Assembly: GCA_965178125.1 (NCBI GenBank)
Contig: OZ237745.1
Span: forward strand, 62,001 to 126,000
Length of the DNA stretch: 64,000 bases
DNA from: Bilabrum cf. latius
Taxonomy: Eukaryota
Reading direction: 5' to 3'
Shown: positions 59,903 through 64,000 of the stretch, one piece after another
How positions within the stretch are numbered: the first letter of the stretch is position 1
Layout of the letters: every line of letters starts with the position of its first letter
The notes under the pieces: model-generated
What the model was told of the DNA's origin: nothing
What the model saw: only the letters and a program-made list of their open reading frames with translations
Database searches by the model: none
Made by a program: the position numbers and the translations under genes

Positions 59903-62900
59903 TCAGCCTCGCGGCGGTCTCGGTCTCGTGCTGAACCCACCGCCCGCAAATCTCTGCGTTGCAGCCTGCGCCTAGCCCCTCTGGGCCTCAAGCAACCGAG
60001 CCCCCGCGTCTGAGCCTCCACCCCCATCCACGCCTGCAACCCCACCGCCACCAACACCAACTCTCCCAGCAGACCCTCCAGCAGGCGAGGTCGCACCGGG
60101 GGCCACCCCGCCACGCATCCCGCCAGCACCCGCCCCAGCGGGGGGCAGCCCCCCACCCACGGCGCCTGCCCCCATCCCATCCCCTCCTGCGCTAGCATGC
60201 ACCCCTGCACCGGCACTGGCCCTGGGCAAGGAGGGTGGGCCCCCACCAGCCGGCCCAGGCGGGTAGTACCCCGCTGCTTGCGCTGCCGCCGCCTCTGCTG
60301 CCGCCCTCTGTCCCTGCCTGGCCTCCTTCTTCCTGTATGCGTAATACTTGTGCTTGGCCTCCTGCAGTTCCCGCTGCAGCCGCTCCGATTCGTACCTGTA
60401 CTCGCCCACCTGCGCGTGCAGCATGTTGAGCTCGGACGCCATGCTCTTGACCTGCCTGCTCTTATCCCTCAGCGTCTGCTGGTAGGCGCTCAGTCGCTCG
60501 GCCACCTCGGGCCCGGGCTGCCTCTGCAGGATCTCCCTCAGCTCAACGTATAGACGATCCTTCTCCTGCAGCAGCATCTCGCACTCTACCACCTGCTCCG
60601 TCTTGCGGATCAGCCGCCGCTGGAGCGTCTGCACCTTCTGCAGGAGCTCGAACGTGGCCGGGTCGCTGCCCTCCAGCCGCCTCCACCGGTGCACATTGAG
60701 CGGCTGCTCCATCTCCTGCGAGAGCGCGGTCACTTTGGTCCTCTCCTCCATCAGCTGCTTCTGCAGCCGCACCACCTCCTGCTGCAGGGCCGCGTGCTTG
60801 CCCGTGGCCTGGTTGGCGAGAGCCATCTCCCGCCGCAGGTCCGCGACCTTCCGCTTGAGCACCGCCACGTCCTCGCTCACCTGCGCGAACTGCGTCTCGC
60901 CCTTCTTCAGGATGCTCTCCTGGATCTCTAGCTTCTGCTGCTGCAGTGCCAGCTCGTCGTTCCTGCGGATCAGCTGCGCCCCGAGCACGTCCCGCTCGGT
61001 CACCAGGTCACCTGCCTTGCGTTTCTGCTCCGCCTGTGCCTCGTCCTGCTTGCGGATGGCCGCGTTGAGCTCCTCTACAACGGTGGACAGCTGCTTGCAG
61101 TGCGCGTCCGACTTTGCCAGCGCCTCCCTCAGGCCGTCTGCCTCCCTTGCCTTGTCGTCCAGCCGCTTGAGAGCCGCCTTGTTGTCAAAGTGCACGGCAA
61201 CGAGGGACCTGTCCTTGGCCGCCACGTCCTCTTTGAGCTGCTCCACCTGCCTGCTCATGATCTTAAACTTGCGGCGGAGCTCGGCAATCTCGTCGTGGGA
61301 CTGCACCAGCTGCTTGGAGAGGACGTTCCGGTCGGCGCGCACAGTGTCGTACATCTGCCTCTGCTGCTTGAGCTTGCCCTGGCTCTCCGTCTCTCTCCTC
61401 TCGGCGTCCTGCACCTGCTGCTGCCGCATCTTCTCCAGTCCCTCCACCTCTGCCTTCTCCTTGTCCTTCTGCTCGATCAGTTGCTCCAGCCTCGCATTCC
61501 GCTTCTCCAACTTCATGAGGGTTCTCCTCAGCTTCTCGTTGAGCATCATCATGTCCTGTACCCTCGAGTCCATCTCCTTGCTCACCTGCAGCTGCTCCTT
61601 CACCGCTGCCTCGGCGCGCTTCTTGCCGGCCACCTCGGACTTCACCTTCTCCTCCTCAAACTTCTTGGCCATCTCCAGCTTGCCGATGGCACCGCCCGCC
61701 TCGGTCAGCTTGCGGGCCGCCACCTCCACGTCCATTTCCATGGCCCGCTTGTCGACCAGCACCTTGCGCAGGTCCTCCTTCTGCTGGTTCACCCGCTGCT
61801 GCAGGCGGGCCTTCTCCTGCTCCAGCCCGTGCAGCTTTGCCAGCACCCTCTTCCTCTCCTGGTCCGTCTTTGAGGTTATCCTCATGGCCTCCTTCTGCGC
61901 CTGCTGCAGGGTGGCCACTTCGTCCTGCAGGGCACCGCACCTGACCTGCAGGTCGTCTTTCTGGTCCCTCAGCTTCCGCTCCTTTTCGTGCATCTCCTTC
62001 TGGTCCCCGATGATCCTCCTGATCGTGTCGTGCGTCTTCTTGATCTCCGCCTGGTTCTTGGAGTTGATGCCCTCGGCCTCCCGCGACTGCCTCCGGGCGT
62101 CCTCGAGCTCCTTCTCCCTCTGGATCAGCTGGGTCTTCACCTTCTCCAGCTCGTCCCGCAGCCGCTCCGTCCGCTTCGACTCCCTCTGCTCTTCGTCCTC
62201 CTTGGACCTCACCTGCGCCTGAAGCTCGGCCACCCGGTCCTTGAGCTCCCTGCCCTTGGACTTGCGCTGCTCAAGGCGCTGCAGCAGCTCGTCCGCGCGC
62301 TTACGCTCGTACTCTGCCTGCGCGGAAGCCTCTTCGAACTGCCGCGTGGCCTGGTCGCGCGCCGCAATCACGTCCTCCAGCGTCGTGTCTTCCCCTAGGA
62401 GGCCAGTGTACCGGTCGACGAGCATCTTGAGGCTGTCGATTTCTGTCTGGAGCTTCTGCGTCACCGCAGAGGCGGCCTCTTCCTTCTGGTTGGCGCCTTC
62501 AATCATCGCATGAGCCTTTTCTACCTGCTTGCGCAGCTCCTAGATGGTTGCATCGTCGTCTTCGCTAAGCTTCATCGCGGAAGCTACCTGTGCAGCGTTT
62601 CGCTTCATCTCTGAGCTCATTTCTTTCACTTTCTTCACCAAGCGTCTCTCGTTTTCATGTGACTGCGCCAACCATAGTATTGAAGCACAACACGACCAGC
62701 ATGTTCAAGGCATGCGTTTGACGATGTGCAACCATCGACTTTCTTGTACACAACAATCTCACCTTTTTCAGTGCTTCGTGCAATTTCACGTACTCTGAAC
62801 GGAAGCTTTCAAGTGTTTTATCACCAACCATACTTTCCAAGACCTCCTAGAAGTCCTTTTCTAGAGCCTCGAAGGCCTCGGCATCCTCATCAAAATCCCC

Positions 62901-62930
62901 GTCCATGGCATGAGCGTCTTTGCTCTCCAT
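59903..62930 (-). CDS. CFAP58: Cilia- and flagella-associated protein 58 (CCDC147)
   Basis: AFEALEKDF[TAG]EVL...GDKTLESFRSEY..LH...SHENEKRL; ERDVLGAQLIRRNDELAL; PLNVHRWRRLEGSDP; QPGPEVAE; C-terminal RFAGGGFS. Exon 1 62930-62763, intron 62762-62663, exon 2 62662-59903. TAG at 62847, 62540 and 59972; TGA at 59903. Confidence 0.92.
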
Positions 62931-63243
62931 GCCGCCTAGTGCTGCCATTCGCACCGCTCAGGTGGTGATAATAATACGTTCCTATGCTACCGGTCAGCAA
63001 GAAGTACCGGTTCTTTCCGAGAAACTTGCGCTTGATCCAAAAGTCGAAAGGTCCGTTGGTGGTGTTTGTTGCGTGTGGTTTGCTGATTCGGAGCCATCCG
63101 CCGAAGCGAGCGCGGCTAGTCTCCCCCAATATCGCAAAGATGCGAACTACTATCGCCACAAGCATTATACCGAGCATAATAATTATTTATTTTCTTTTGG
63201 ATCACGGCAAATCCCATGTCAATGTGGTGGATTAGGTGCTGAA

Positions 63244-63794
63244 TCAGGGTGAACATCCACAGCTCAGAATCTCAGAGGTATCGTCGGGCCAAAGCCAAGC
63301 TCCGTCTTGGTTTGAGATTCTGAATTTCGTTCCAGGGGTGAATATAGCATTAGATTCCTGCAGCTTCGCAATTTCCCACTCTAGTTCTGGTGTCGCCGCT
63401 CGATTCGACATCCTGCAAGCGGCAACCCCCCTTCGACCAGGTACCGCGGCTGTGGTGCATGCAGGCACAGCAAGAGGGTTCATAGGCGCGCAAATAGGAT
63501 CTGGTTGGGTGCATGAGTCAATGTCATCCCTACACGTATCACAGCAAGTCGTTGACTTTACGCAGTACGAGCGAGCAGACGGCGGCCCTTCCACGCAAGA
63601 CACGGCTGTACCAGCGTTCGACTTGCGACCAATTGATGGCTCGGACTCCGTGGGTATCCAAATAAGCTGCCAAAGTACCCTAATAGGCAGAGAACTAAAG
63701 CCAATCGCGGCAAGCGTGGTGTTGGCCCCGTCGGACTGGCAGGCTTCCAACACCACTGGTCCATCGCCGCCGATGGAAGTGCGTTCTCTTGACA
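63244..63794 (-). CDS. Probable last exon of a Cys-rich protein whose 5' part lies upstream or beyond the window
   Basis: 183-codon open frame rich in Cys (CVKSTTCCDTC...SCGCSP), ending TGA. It is preceded by an acceptor-like TTCCTGCAG, with an in-frame TAA further upstream. Confidence 0.4.
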
Positions 63795-64000
63795 CTGCAG
63801 GAATATCACTCGGCTACGAACTTGACTCTCCTTATGGCACTGATGTGCGGGATTTTGGTACCATGCCATCCGTTGCACAATCCACGGTCGGTGTGCGCGG
63901 GGCAAGGCGCTCTGCCGCTGTCGCTGCACTTGTACCTAGTGACGCACGTGCAAGCTTGCCTGGCGGAAGCAACGCAGCAGATCCGAGCGGTTCTATTGGA

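Noticed and set aside
20-62930. Interpreting the interrupted genes as pseudogenes or sequencing errors
   Set aside because: The interruptions are exclusively TAG, frames are otherwise intact over kilobases, essential genes are affected, and most TAGs are shared between the two paralogs.
1-64000. tRNA-Gln(CUA), other tRNA/rRNA genes, CRISPR arrays, prokaryotic operons or viral genes
   Set aside because: None recognised by eye. The content is eukaryotic nuclear with spliceosomal introns, and the decoding tRNA is presumably elsewhere in the genome.

Overview
A gene-dense, GC-rich nuclear window from a eukaryote with spliceosomal introns. It is probably a flagellated protist because it carries CFAP58; a stramenopile/bicosoecid-like origin is only my guess. 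The main result is a non-standard nuclear genetic code: TAG is an in-frame sense codon for glutamine, TAA and TGA remain stops, and TGA also encodes selenocysteine in thioredoxin reductase (GCUG C-terminus plus a clear SECIS). I count roughly 85 in-frame TAGs by hand across 14 genes. The supporting evidence is TAG/CAG swaps between two paralogs in both directions, TAG-TAG inside a CAG poly-Gln run, TAGs at conserved Gln positions, and a conserved C-terminal motif lying beyond a TAG. Read with TAG=Gln, the fragmented ORF track collapses into about 18 genes. These are an orphan protein, a 4xRRM protein, a GT47/exostosin glycosyltransferase, a CRE-like non-LTR retroelement remnant, PP2A-A, MCM6, a TraB-family protein, Sec-TrxR, an LRR/EF-hand protein, a PLEKHD1-like PH protein, a split p25alpha/SAM/WW protein, an LRR-ankyrin protein, an omega-like GST, a giant Wee1-like kinase, CFAP58, a partial gene at the right edge, and two inverted ~7.5 kb TmcB/C-like PAS membrane-protein paralogs. 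All homology calls come from motif recognition and memory, not database searches. Exon boundaries were assigned by hand.
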